From: Ruditapes philippinarum
Taxonomy: Eukaryota
DNA: 64,000 nucleotides
NCBI RefSeq assembly: GCF_026571515.1
Contig: NW_026861730.1
Span: forward strand, 186,001-250,000
Direction: 5' to 3'
The notes beneath the pieces were generated by a model. The model did not search any database. It was not told the DNA's origin and was given only the letters and a program-made list of their open reading frames with translations. Below are positions 10,170 to 22,903 of this stretch, in pieces (the first letter of the stretch is position 1; every line of letters begins with the position of its first letter). The translations under genes and the position numbers were made by a program.

Positions 10170-13100
10170 TACACATCTGTAACACCTTTATTGGACAATT
10201 AGGTAAATCGGCTTTAATTGACGACTTGCACCGACTCAACGACTCCAGCATATTCACTGTAGATATTTTTATGTTATAAAGTAAGTCTTAATGAAGAATC
10301 AATCTTGTTTATAGAGGACCATACAGTACAATGTGTCACACAACGCCTCATTACCGTGACGGTAATCGGATATGTTATGTCGGGGTTCGAAACCATTAAT
10401 CTTCGTTAGACTTGTTTTGTCATCTTAGTAGAAAACAAAAACAAGACATTAGTCCTGTCAACATATGTACAAACGTTTGGTATAACGTGGTTCATATAGT
10501 TCAAAGCATTTTTAAAACGTAAAGTGGTCTGGTTTAAGAAGTGTTATATAATAAATATATACATTAAATAGTTCTGTATATTAACTTTGGCATTTCATGT
10601 GAAGTATATAAAATGAATATGCTGGAGTCGTTGAGTCTTTGTAGATCGTCAATTAAAGCCAATTGACCTAGTTGTCCAATATAGGTTCAACAGATGTGTA
10701 AAAAGACTGTAAAAGGCTTTCGTATTGTACTCAACAATGGTAACATAACTCGCAAGTCACATTACCGATCAGACGGCGGCTTTATAATAATTAAAACAAA
10801 TAAGTTAAGAAATGTTATCATTATGCATGTTAAACTGTTGGTGTACACATTGAGATGATAGTTGTTTGCATTTACAGCTGAATATAACCTAGTCTTCAAC
10901 ATTTTCAATTTTGCCAATTTTTGCCGTTTTTTATTTATTTAGATTCTTATTCGACCAAAGGCTTGACTTCCTGTAAAATGTTTCAGGGAAGAACCGAATA
11001 TAACATGAATTTATTTGGTCATTTTAAAATTACAAACTGAAATATGGGAATCTCATCTGCCATTCTATAATAAACTGTAAATAAAATGTAAAGGATAGTT
11101 ATTGCCATTCTAAAAATGAACTGTAACGAAGTTAAAGATAAAACGTTCATAAGTAGTTGAATTTATATTTTCCGTTATCCTTTTATTCCTGTTTGCAATA
11201 TTTATTATGTGCTTCTGTTAATAATCCTTCCAATATTACATATGATTACAAAATTTATGAAGTCAAACGTAAAAACAAGTAATAAATTATTGTAAAATAA
11301 AAAGTGTCCCAGCTTCGAAGGGACATTATCAATATGCTTATTATTTAATTTCTATGTTTAGAAAATGATGTTGTTTCTTTGTTTTATCTACAAGAAATTA
11401 TAATGTTATTGTCATGCAAGCATTGTTAACATTTATATATGTATCGAAAACTTAGAAATTACATATACAAGTTAACCACTTTTACTTCGACTGGATATCT
11501 TTTTTAAATATAGGTTAAAGTTTATAAGTAGGTATTTACAAAATGAAATTAATTTTGTAAATACCTACTAATAAATTCTAAGTAAACATGTTACGATTCA
11601 TTTGAAATACTGCAATCCTATTGGACAAAAATAATTTCAAACACTAAATTAATTAAGATACTTCTTGTTTGTGACATTTTAGTATTATATATTTATTTAT
11701 TTGGGCGTTTGTCTATTCATTTATAAGCTCGTGAATTTCTAAATGGCTTCTTTTGCAGGATACAATTAATGTGATTTACTGTGTTGCGATAATAAAATTG
11801 TTCAAAAGTTATGTTGTTGTTTTGTTCTTTTCCAGTAAAGCACTACAAATTCACATAGTGTCAGTTAAATACCGACCTACTTACTAAAAATGGAACAGAG
11901 TATAGCAAAGGAAGCAGTAAATAATTGTGAAATGTTTTTCTCTATAGATGATTTATTTGGTTTTGCCTCGTCTTCTACGACAAACTGTGTAAAAATAAGC
12001 GCGTGATATTTTGTACTTATATTGTGATGACGTCATAACTGACATTATAATGAAAATCACGATCTTAATCATGGAAACGGAACTCGTATTTATATGTTAA
12101 TTGATATTGTTTATAATAAATAAGTCATCTTTAATCAGGTGAGGCAGGTATTTATAACATCACAAACACAACATCTCTATTAGTATGGTGTCGTTTATCC
12201 CCGGTGTTGTTGATTATTTAATTCGCTCTCTCTGAATGACATTGAAAAGTTGCATTATTATAAACAGTGAAATTGATTTCTAATAATGACAAGGCAATTA
12301 CGGGACTTTGCAAATTGACTTTATTTATATAGAGTCTACAATAGTTCTATAATTTGAAAATGATACAGGTCGATTATCAATATAAGTTGCAAAATAATCT
12401 GGTGATCAAATCAACCGACTTTTGAAGTAAATAATATGATTCATGTTTGAAGACGTTTTATATGACATTTTCGATTTCCCTAATTGCAGGTTCTTTATTT
12501 AGGTCGCCGATGTAGTAAACACATTACTTTTAGTTTAAAATACATAGAGATTTTAAGAAAGTAACATTAATATAACGTGAGTCGTTGTGTATTTTCAACA
12601 CTTCAGGTAATAATTTTACAACTGTAAAATACACTTTATGCGAGAGTTTAAATCATTAATAAAGTTTAAATAAATTAAGATGAATAAAAAATGTGTTAAG
12701 TATGAAAAATGACAAGATATTTTAAATTTGAACGTTAGTTACAGAGGTTTATGGCTACATAAAGTTTTTTTTTATGTCTTTGTACATATTCAGTTGTTTT
12801 ATACTTATTAAGTACGGCATTAGGCACATCATTTGACCTCTTAATTTTGTCCAATCATCAAGCTAGGTTGTAACACGTGAGGCTATCAACCAATCAGTAT
12901 TTACTAGGCCATTATTCTTTGTTCATAATGTTTTGCAAAAACTACCTCCTCCAACACCACTATTTTGTACATAATATCCATATGTAATATTTGACTAAAA
13001 TTATTTGTGCTTTGTTAAACATTGTCTAAATTTACTTTATTTACTTTGTGCTTTGTTAAACATTGTCATCAGTATTATGTGTTAATGTTATCATTACCAC

Positions 13101-14690
13101 CCAGATATGTTTTGCTTACTTATGTGCTTTATTTAGCACATTGAATAAAATGTTATGGACATTATGTTATGTACAGGCGCGGAGCTATTTGTGTTTACTA
13201 TTATGTTTGTCCATGGGCCCGGATTTGATCAATTAATCCATTCGATTTACAGCTAAAAATAAATCCGCATTCAAGAACTCCTTTCGATTTCTATATTGGT
13301 TTCCCCTTCGGTGATTCGCAGCATGTCATATTAATAAATGAGAACCGGAAAGCAGTTCTGCTGTACATGAATTCGAAAGCTATAAATAGCTATAAATGTT
13401 CTGATTTTTGACACTTAGGATATAAATTTGTTATTTCCCTTTTTTAGTAGTACATGAAATTATAATTTGTTACATTTTGAATAACATTTACACACAGCAT
13501 ATCAAGTATACTATTAGTGATTGAATTTGTCAATATAATGAAGATTTCAGTCTTAAGACTTAATAATTTTGCTTTTAATAATTATTCTTAATTTATATTT
13601 ATGAAATTAAATGTTTAATAATAACATGTTGATATATTTGTTGTTCTGAAATAATTAAACTTTAGTATATAAGGTTACATTTCATTGGCGTCAATTAGTA
13701 TTGCATACCACTTTGTTCTTTAAGGATATGACTGGTGACAAAGTCCGGGGTCCGTACTCGACAGCGAAAGCTGTATTTTGTGGCCTTACGATCGGATGGA
13801 CCCTCATTAAGCATAGGCTATAGATAGATGGCATCATTGATAACAGAAACTTTGATCTGCAGTTTGAACATGAAGTGTAATGTTTTTATGAATGGTTTTA
13901 AAGCAATTCAACAAAAAAGTATATTGATCTCCCAATAAATCAATTAACAATAGTTTTTATTTGTTTGGGTCGTCAGACCAAACAAATAATGGTAGCGAAA
14001 TTTCAGAGTCTAATGTTGTTAATTGCAAACGCCGAAAGTAGTCCACTTTTTTGAAGCGGTTACTTCCCTTTATATGTACACTAACGCCGAAAAATTCAGG
14101 GGAGATCACTGCGTAAAGATGGTCAAAGACAGGCGAATTAATGTTCAAGCAAAATAATTTCCGAATGGTCGAAGATTTCTAATATTGTTTTATTGTATTT
14201 TCTGATCGAAATTAAGTAAATACAAAGCGGACATTCAATCTCTGACACAGAAGTTCACAACAAACCTAACAACAAGTAGTTCTCAAAACAGCTTAAAACT
14301 AGCGATTTAAAAGAAAGAAATATTTTTATTTTGTTACAAGTATCCAACAAATAACAACGCATTCAAAGTTTAAAAATAGCGTTGGCTAATAGAATTGTCA
14401 ATAAATGCACTATCACAAATTACGCGGATGAATATGATTTTATCAATGAAAATACTATTTTTAGCGATGTCTATTACCGAATACTACACAAACCGAGTAG
14501 TGGAATATATAGATTCTACATGTCGAACTGTTTGGGCGAGAAGATATCGCTAAATTATTTACTTCAATTTCAAACAACAGGTTTATCCTGAACAAAATAC
14601 CTCGAAATTAATAAGGATAACGAACCCGAAATGCAATGGAAGTTCTAAATCTAGAATGACTTGATGTTATTCAGATGTTATATGTATAAC

Positions 14691-14775
14691 TCCTCCGTGG
14701 TGCAGGGGTAACGCGCTCCCTTCAGGAGTGAGAGGTCTGGAGTTCAAATCCAAGTCGAGGAAACTTTTTTTTTTT
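14691..14775 (+). other. degenerate tRNA-like Pol III unit followed by a T-run
   Basis: A-box-like gtggtgcagggg, B-box-like gagttcaaatcc, T11 downstream; acceptor stem imperfect. Confidence 0.5.
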
Positions 14776-15160
14776 AAATTCTTTTTTAAGTGTCTTTGTT
14801 AAGGAAGTAGCCATGATATGCAAGGATAAAGTGTGACTGTCGTAAAAAAATGAACATAAATGATTTTTTGATGCATCTCTAGTTATGCAGAATTCCGTAT
14901 GTATCAAACTCTTGTGCCTTGCAAAATGAATTATAATACATAAAAATAAACTTATACAGGAAAATGCATACAGATATACAATACGATTAAGATTGCAAAG
15001 ATCAGAAAATACCACAGAACTTGCATCCCTTTGATTCTTTATAAATATACATGCTTATAGTAAGCTCCAGGATTATTTACATCTGTGTTAAACAACAGTT
15101 AAAGTCGTTACAAGCCCTAATTTAGAATAATATGGTTTTCTTCAGGCCGTTCACATATAT

Positions 15161-15246
15161 TCACCGTGGCTGAAGGGTTTTTGCGCTCGCCTATAAAGCG
15201 AGAGGTCTGGAGTTCAAATCCCAGTAAAGGCAACTCATTTTTTTTT
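15161..15246 (+). other. second degenerate tRNA-like (tRNA-Val-like) unit followed by a T-run
   Basis: gtggctgaaggg, anticodon-like stem ctcgc-ctataaa-gcgag, gagaggtctggagttcaaatcc shared with the 14691 unit, T9 downstream. Confidence 0.5.
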
Positions 15247-17125
15247 CAAATTGTTTAAGTCAAATAAACATTGGATTGCATATCAGTGTTGCAATAAGTC
15301 TTATAGCCAATTTACTACAATTAAAACGCTGGAAAGCATTGGTGGCACTATACATATAATCTCACAACCTGCACCTTTCTTACATTCTGAGACCCAAACA
15401 AATTCAGCGCCTTCTGTGCTTTGATTTTATATATCACCAATGTCAAATAGCTTTTATATCTTTGACTCGCACGAACATGCTGTTAGTGAATTTCCTCATA
15501 CCTGCCTAAAATTCAGGTAACAGTCTTCTATTATATTGATGAATACTGTATCACCATGTAACGCGTGTATAACAAACAAAAAATCCTGATTTTGGTCTTT
15601 TTGAAATTCATCCCATTTTTTCATTCCAGAGTGTGTTCTACTTTCAGTATTGAAAGAAACCATTTTTTTTTAATTTGTCATAAAAAAATGCATGTAATAT
15701 TACTATATTATAATATTAGTCTATTAGTCCCTTTTGTTACTATTTGTTACAATTATAATAATAAAAAAAACAGACTGTGAAATTTTTATCATTTTATGTT
15801 ACTAACTACAGTAGTGACACAAACAGAACACAGTACAATCATGTCACATAACATTTACAAGTCTTGTAAGTCTTGTTTGTATTCAATGAATATACTTTCC
15901 TTACCAGGTAGGCATCAGTGAAAGCAATTTTTTATATTAAATATCTTTCCCCTCTTTTTAATTATGGACAGTGCATAAGATAAGTATAATTATGCAAAAA
16001 ATGGTTTTACAAAACATTCGGAAAAATCTACAATAGTACAATGTACTTAATCTAAATATAACATGACCTGTGCGTAGGAATAATTTGGTAAGGTATCTGT
16101 AATGAATGAGCGCATTTTTTGCGGGGATCTTCTCAATTGCAGCAACATTTGTACTTGTATATCATACATTCACCTTGCGCATAACTTAACCGTGCATTAT
16201 AGAAAACGTGTATTGCACGAAATAAACGGATCTCCCAGAAAACGTGCACATGAAATGAACGGACTTTATTCGATACATGTACATGAAATGAGCCGTCTTC
16301 AAAAAAAGATAACGATATGGACGGATCTCCCAGACAGTATGTGCATGCAAAGCATGTGCATGATAGAACACGTTCAAACAAAATGAATGAATTGCAAAGG
16401 CTTTTCGAAATGCTAGCCTGGATGAATGAGACTTATTCATAAAGTATCGACCAAAGTGAAAGTACTTTGTACAACTCCCAATAAATAGTGTTTGAAGAAT
16501 ATCTACTTCATGAATTACAATTAAATATTTCCTTAATACATTGTAGGTGTTTTCCCTGGAAAGTACAAGATAGATAAGTCAATACATCTCTAATACTAAT
16601 TCTGTTTTAACATTGGCATCAGGTGTTTCCTTTAATTTTAATTGTGACTGCCTGCTTAACATGATTAATTCAAAACAAAAACCAAATTACTAGTTGAAAT
16701 CAATATCTTTGGTATTTACAGAAATGTTCTAGCTCTTTTGAATATGTCGTGTAGTACTAGGTACACAATGACAGATAAACTGTAGTAACAGTATTTTGTT
16801 TTTGTCGTTTTTGTTGTTGTTTGGTTTTTATTTTTGTTTTTTTCCTATGTATTTAACCTAATGACATCAATGCTGTTCATTCGGTTACATCTAGTTTCGG
16901 ATAAATGTTCTCTCCGACTTATACTTCAGTCACATGATGTTTCATTTCCTTATTGATATTTGTATAAGTCTAGAGCATTATTTATAGGTAACACGTTATA
17001 ATTTAATGTCCACAACCACCCAGAAGGGTTTTGTATTAAGTTATTTATTCATCACTCTTTTCTTCATTCTGAAATAGACTAAACATATGAACGTACATAA
17101 AATAAAGTTGACATGATTAAAGATA

Positions 17126-18500
17126 TAGAGGATATTTGTTTAGTTCAGTGTAAGATCGGAATTTATCCTGTCACTTGTATCAATTTCGGCCCGATAACAA
17201 GGTGCCGTATATTTTTACTGATCTACGGCACTTGATCACGTGGTATGCATGAATGGGCACCTGTTTGCCGGACTTCTTTTCAAGAAAAAATATAATTATT
17301 ATTATAATGTTAGATTTTATGTTTGGTGGTTAAATTTGTTTTCGCCTCAGAGTTTCCAATAGAAACGTTCTTTACAGGCCGTTCCAGTGGTATGAAAAAA
17401 ACTGTCGTTAAATCTTCTGTGTGTAGAGTAACGAATTTTGAAAACGTTGATAAAACTTTGTTTGTTTATTTTATTTCACTTTATAATTTTTCGAGCGAAA
17501 TAAAAATTATTAAAAGTGAAATAAATGTAAAACTTAACTCGTTTGCGACATTAAAATAGCGTACTTGATTTGATTGTTTTGCACGTGCTGTTTGGCGCAA
17601 CATTGTGACAATTGTAACAATACTTTAAACGTCTGTACAGCGTTAACGACTGAATTAAAGATATTGGTGTTCGAATTCATTTTCTTAGTTAGACCATTTT
17701 CTTTCATTCTAGATAGTTTTCACAACAAAATTCGACAAAAAATTGTTTTTATTTATCACATTTTTCAAACAAAATGGCGCCCTCAATGTGAAAATACACA
17801 GGGAGATAATATCTATAAGAACGGCGAGTGCATTGTTGTAGAATAATGCACGCTTCGGGCCTTCTTAGTTTATATAGAAATATTTCCGATAGTGTGATTA
17901 AAGGTAGTTTGCCTAATAAAATTCTTTAAAAAAAAACGGTGATAGGATAAATAGAATAATATATTCGTGCCGTGGATGGAGAAAGTTTATCTGGCTCTGC
18001 TCCGGAATTTATTGGGTTCGCCTTCGGCTCACCCAATAAATTCCTCCGCCTCGCCAGATAAACTTTCTCCATCCACGGCACCAACCTATTATTCTCTATA
18101 TATTTCACCGAGTGGGCACCAAAAGGTTTATTTCACGAGTGGCGCAGCCACGAGTGAAATATGAACTTTTGGTGTTCACAAGGTGAAATATGTTTCGATC
18201 TTACACTAAACTAAACAAATTTTCTTTTTATTATATGCAAAGAAACGTTTTAAAATACATTAAACCTAATACTGAATGAAAAGCGCGCCAAATAATAATA
18301 CAACGTGACGTCATTTACGACGTCACGTCATTAAGTTGGTACCCAGTTCTGTGCACGCTTGTATTTCACTGAAACAACGTAAGGGGCTTAAATTCAAAAC
18401 AGTGAAATTATCAAAGTGGTAATTTCACTGTTTTAAACAAAGAAATACAAGTTTTATATCACTGATATATTTCTATAAACCACCGAAAAGCATGTAATAA
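17126..18500. mobile_element. hairpin-rich non-autonomous element inserted upstream of lectin copy 1
   Basis: Absent at the paralogous sites (~25775, ~58860). 25-bp IR 17134-17158/18196-18220 (1 mismatch). Long hairpins at 17967-18081 and 18102-18189. Confidence 0.8.
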
Positions 18501-19158
18501 ATGTTTATTACATGTTCGTGAAGTCAATCTACTTTCTCTGATGTTGTATACAATAAAGACTCTATGTCGCTATTTCCTATCGTCTAACATCTGTCCTTTC
18601 AATTCATATAATTCTTCCACCAGTTGACGTAATCTTCTAATATGCTTACCTAATATTTTCCACTGAGTTGATAAAAGAAACATATTAACAACAAAACTAA
18701 AGTGAATGTTACATCTTTAAGTTTGTTGTTTGTTTCTCGAGGAATCGTCCCTTCTCTAGATTTGTAAATAACAAATTAAATTGGAAGATAGCATTGCCAG
18801 GTTGGCATTTACGGTTATCGATTTATTCACCCTTGACTCGACTGGTCAAAAGTCAAGTTACATTTATTCATCAATAGTCATATAAATATTTTGTTTCCGT
18901 AATATAATTATTTTCTTGGTAACATTAGCAGATGCAATAACGAGATAAAGAACTTACTAATAATATTTTCATATATTCGGATAGAATTCCTCTCATTGTT
19001 AATGAGCTTATTATTGTATAGTAAAAACGTTTTGATAACAATTAAATATGAAACTCGCCAGAGAGAACAGATATACTGTTAATAACACAATGGTACAAAC
19101 TATCCAAAGAGTCGTGCGATGACAGTCGTGTATTAACAGACGTACAAGTTACATTAAG

Positions 19159-19222
19159 ATGGCAAATATATGTATGGATTACCTTATCTTATCATTTGTT
19201 CTTATTGGAACTTTTAACAATG
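19159..19222 (+). CDS. PAN/Apple + C-type lectin protein copy 1, exon 1 (signal peptide)
   Basis: MANICMDYLILSFVLIGTFNN(G), hydrophobic core, G|GTAAT donor phase 1. Conserved in copies 2 and 4. Confidence 0.8.
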
Positions 19223-20201
19223 GTAATAAGATTAAAAAATAATCTTACACTTTAACTGTGTATTTTTTTTCTGAATTATTAGATTTCAACTAGCTAGACG
19301 TTTGTCAATGTCATAAAATCATATTTGGTATTAAAATTCTTTGACACTACTTCAATATGATATTTCTTAACGTTTGGTTTACTTGTACATACAATGCTAA
19401 TATTACATTTTATAACAATAATATGGCACCACGAAGGCTGACAAAACTTTAACAATAAAACAATTCTTTGACCTTTTTTGACTGTACATAACTTTGATGT
19501 TGGACGTTCCTACATTTTATATTTGTCTCTTAGATTTTCTGGATTTGGCGACAAGAGCAATCTGGTGCAAAGTTGAACAAAATTTTCTATTTTATAAATA
19601 TTATGCTCCATCATTTTTATTTAAAATACGATCACCACAGTGAGTAAATACGCATTTTTATTTTATTATAGTCTTTTCAATTAATATGCTCTTCCCAAAC
19701 GCCGTACGTAGATACATGTATGAACTAGAGGCGTTTTTTTCCAAAATGTTACGAGTAAAACATGTTTCACTATCATACTTGTATATTAAATATAGGCCAA
19801 GATGTTTGCAAATAACTAATATTTGTATTCATTTACTAATGATTTATGGAAGGGAAGTACACTGCTTAACTCTAGCTTCTTAATTTCGACGAGATTATTT
19901 GAGAATGCGTCATTACATACTTTGACATTTTAAACGCTACATGTAGTGGTCCGATGGAACTACAATATATAGATATTTATTTAGACAGTACAGGGTTAAT
20001 TTTTGTAGGTTATTTACTATCAATACACATTTTACAAAAGAAAAAGATTTTGTTTCTACTGATTACTGTAAACAGCACATTAATTTTTGTAGTTTTATTA
20101 CTTACATAGTCCTTTAGGATTGATTTTTTAATAACGACATACTACTGTATCGAAGTTTATCGGTATAAAGAAAGCTGATTCTTTCCATTTTTTTTTCTCA
20201 G

Positions 20202-20459
20202 TTTGTTCTGAGCAGTGGTCATATTTCCATGATGGTTGTCAGACGCCGTACGGAAGGATTGGTTTGCTCTACAATCTATTTCTGTCACACTGCACAGCCG
20301 AATGCAACGCTAATACAAAATGCACGGTGTTCGGATATTCATCTTCGGACAAAACATGTTTTTTATTCGACGAAACCTTTTCGACAGCGAGCACTGAATG
20401 TTCACTAAAGACGGTCATGTACTATAAAGTTGGCGATTTTGTCGGAAGTCCGAAAAACG
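20202..20459 (+). CDS. copy 1 exon 2: PAN/Apple domain
   Basis: ttctcag acceptor, G|GTAC donor, 258 bp. Six-Cys pattern GC..HCTAECNANTKCTVFGY....KTCFLF..EC typical of PAN/Apple. Confidence 0.85.
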
Positions 20460-22017
20460 GTACATATACATATATATCAGTTGTATTGCACCCTGCATTT
20501 ATGATTTAACCACCCACTCACAAAAAACCTTAATGTCTTAGACATGGTATAGAACTTAATTTTGTAAGTTTCGAATATGTAACATGATAATGACAATTGA
20601 AAGGGGTCAGTGCAAGAAGGTACTTAAATCTAGTAAAGGATAAAATTGAGTTAGGACTTTGTGATTAAAAGAACGTTTTTTGGAATTGGAATAACCTTCC
20701 TTTGTCACTCACCTCTGTGATTTCGGTGAAAATGGTTCTTGAATAATCTAAACGAAAGTCCGGTGGTGGAGTTGGTACCTTTGTTACATTTACTCTATCC
20801 ATGTGTTTTTGATTTGAGGCAAAACTATATGAAAATGTAATTATATTTTAATTTTATGTCAATGTATTCATAAAACTTTACAACAATAATGGTTTTTTCT
20901 ATGTCTTGTCAAAATAATTTGCAGAAAAACTTATTTGTTTAAAAAATGTTACAAATATTATAAAGTGAATTTTGTGTTCATGGAGATAGAACTTTTGTGC
21001 ACATTTAACATATTAATTCCTTTTTCACATTATGCATTAAGACATTGAAGTCTTACAGATATTCTTAGAGATTGTTTTACTTTTCGAGTAAATAGAATGT
21101 ATTCACATTCTAAGATATTGAAACTATAAAGCTAAAGCTTATGTATTTCATAATATTTGTAACTTTGATCATTTTAATGTAGTCTAATGAAACTTTTTTT
21201 GTTACAGTTTCTTCACGCAATACATGTATTTTGAAATTTTCTGTGTTTGCAGTTAGCACATGAAATATTCTGAACTATTGAAAGCAAAACTTTTATGCGT
21301 AACCATTATACTTAAACTGGTCTGTATGTTAAAGCTTTGCTTCTTTCTATGAGGAATATATGATTAAAACTCATATTGTTTTTGTTTTGTTACCTGTAGT
21401 CAGTCAATTAATCAAAAATTGTATACAAAAAAAAATTGTATACAAAAAATAAAATAGTTAAAAATTGTGTAAAACACGCAACTATGGTTTCAAATATTTT
21501 TGTTTGATAACATAACTTATTAGTGAATTAAATATCAATTAAAACTAAAATTTCATACATTTTTTATAAAATGCCCCTTTTCTCAAAATAATGTTGAATA
21601 ATGTTATTTACCATCTTGCACCGATCAATTATTAAAAATCTAACCTACTTAACTATTATTTATTATTCGTATTGAACTAAAAGAATATATATTACAATAA
21701 CAACACGTCATTTTAGTAGGTTAGACTTTTTAATATTTGGTGTTTTATAACGAATTAAAACGTACGTTTTGTGCTACTGTTATTAATATTTTTTTAATTC
21801 ATTTAGTTTACAGAAAAAAAAACGGTGAAAATCATATAAAATATGTAAATGAGCAAAATACATGTATTATTTATTACATTAATGTTAAGTTTCATTGAAA
21901 CATCAATCACGCAGACGATGATGATTGTTGAAATAATGTTTCAATAAAAACAAGCACATTTTCATACCAAAGCACATTTTGACAAAAGTAGTGGACATTA
22001 ATCTGCTTTTATTGTAG

Positions 22018-22200
22018 TTGACTGTGGTAATTTCACTGGTTATACCTACGTGACGTCATTAAATAAATGTATACGCTACAAATCATCCAGTAGACTCTCA
22101 TGGAACGATGCGAAAGAAGATTGTGAAAAGGAAGGGAGTCATCTCATTTACGCGACCACAAAGGCGGTGCTTGATTACATCCAGGGTTTTCTAGAACAAC
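22018..22200 (+). CDS. copy 1 exon 3: C-type lectin domain, N-terminal half
   Basis: ttgtag acceptor, C|GTTGGT donor, 183 bp. DC..GY..KCIRY..LSWNDAKEDCEKEGSHL long-form CTLD signature. Confidence 0.9.
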
Positions 22201-22649
22201 GTTGGTGTTCTTTACGTTATATATATATTATACGTATACGTATATATTTGTTTTATTTTTTATTTAAACACTTGCTAACTTGAGCGATGGTTTCAGGTTT
22301 AAATGTACCACTGTTCTTTCTAATGGAAGATGTAAATCTTCTTTCCATGTTTCTCGATCGGGTCTGCTAACTTGATTGTGATTAACTAGTATTTTAAAAC
22401 ATTAAAAACATAAACATACTTCTTAAAAATATCAAATGGCAAAAAATAAAACGAGAACACAAGGCACACTGAAATAACAGTAATCATCTATTGGATAAAC
22501 ATTAATTTAATCTTTGTTTTAATCTCTGAATCTTGTTATTTGTTTCCACTTTAAAACAATAGTTTAACAGCTTTGCAAAAATATTTGTCCATGAAATTCT
22601 GGGGGTGTTTGCTGTTGTTGTTGTTGTTATTCTTATTTTTCGTTTACAG

Positions 22650-22903
22650 ACGATACCAAATACTGGATTGGTGGTAAGCAGTCGGCAGTTGGTTCAAATA
22701 CATTTGAATGGTTGTCTGGGGAAACAATAGATGAGTCAAATGGAGGAAACCTCTGGCTTGAAGGACGACCAGCGGTGGACAGTCCAACTGATAACTATTG
22801 TATTGAAACAAAAACTTCAAGTGATAGAAAGTCATTCGGAATATTTGACAGGCAATGTGATAATAGACATCGATTTTTCTGCGAAGTGGACATCTTCATT
22901 TAA
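22650..22903 (+). CDS. copy 1 exon 4: C-type lectin domain, C-terminal half and stop
   Basis: ttacag acceptor. YWIGG..FEW..W.EGRP..YC..FDRQC..FFCE*. Joined CDS 64+258+183+254=759 nt, 252 aa. Confidence 0.9.

Larger units (their letters stand above)
8725..12260. repeat. diverged head-to-head inverted duplication (arms ~8725-10270 and ~10590-12260)
   Basis: 8750 actttacaatgtcattcagtgagag vs 12228 ctctctgaatgacattgaaaagt; 10235 actcaacgactccagcatattca vs 10614 tgaatatgctggagtcgttgagt. The left arm has an internal deletion and a HINE insertion. Confidence 0.85.

Noticed and set aside
11046-11055. NF-kB-like site gggaatctca (mirrored at ~62267-62276)
   Set aside because: Imperfect match, far from the gene, and expected by chance.
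14691-15246. Functional tRNA genes
   Set aside because: Acceptor and D stems do not pair properly and B boxes are degenerate; treated as tRNA-derived units.
17926-18164. Two near-identical ORFs on opposite strands (PWMEKVYLA...)
   Set aside because: Direct consequence of the DNA hairpin; no splice or domain evidence.
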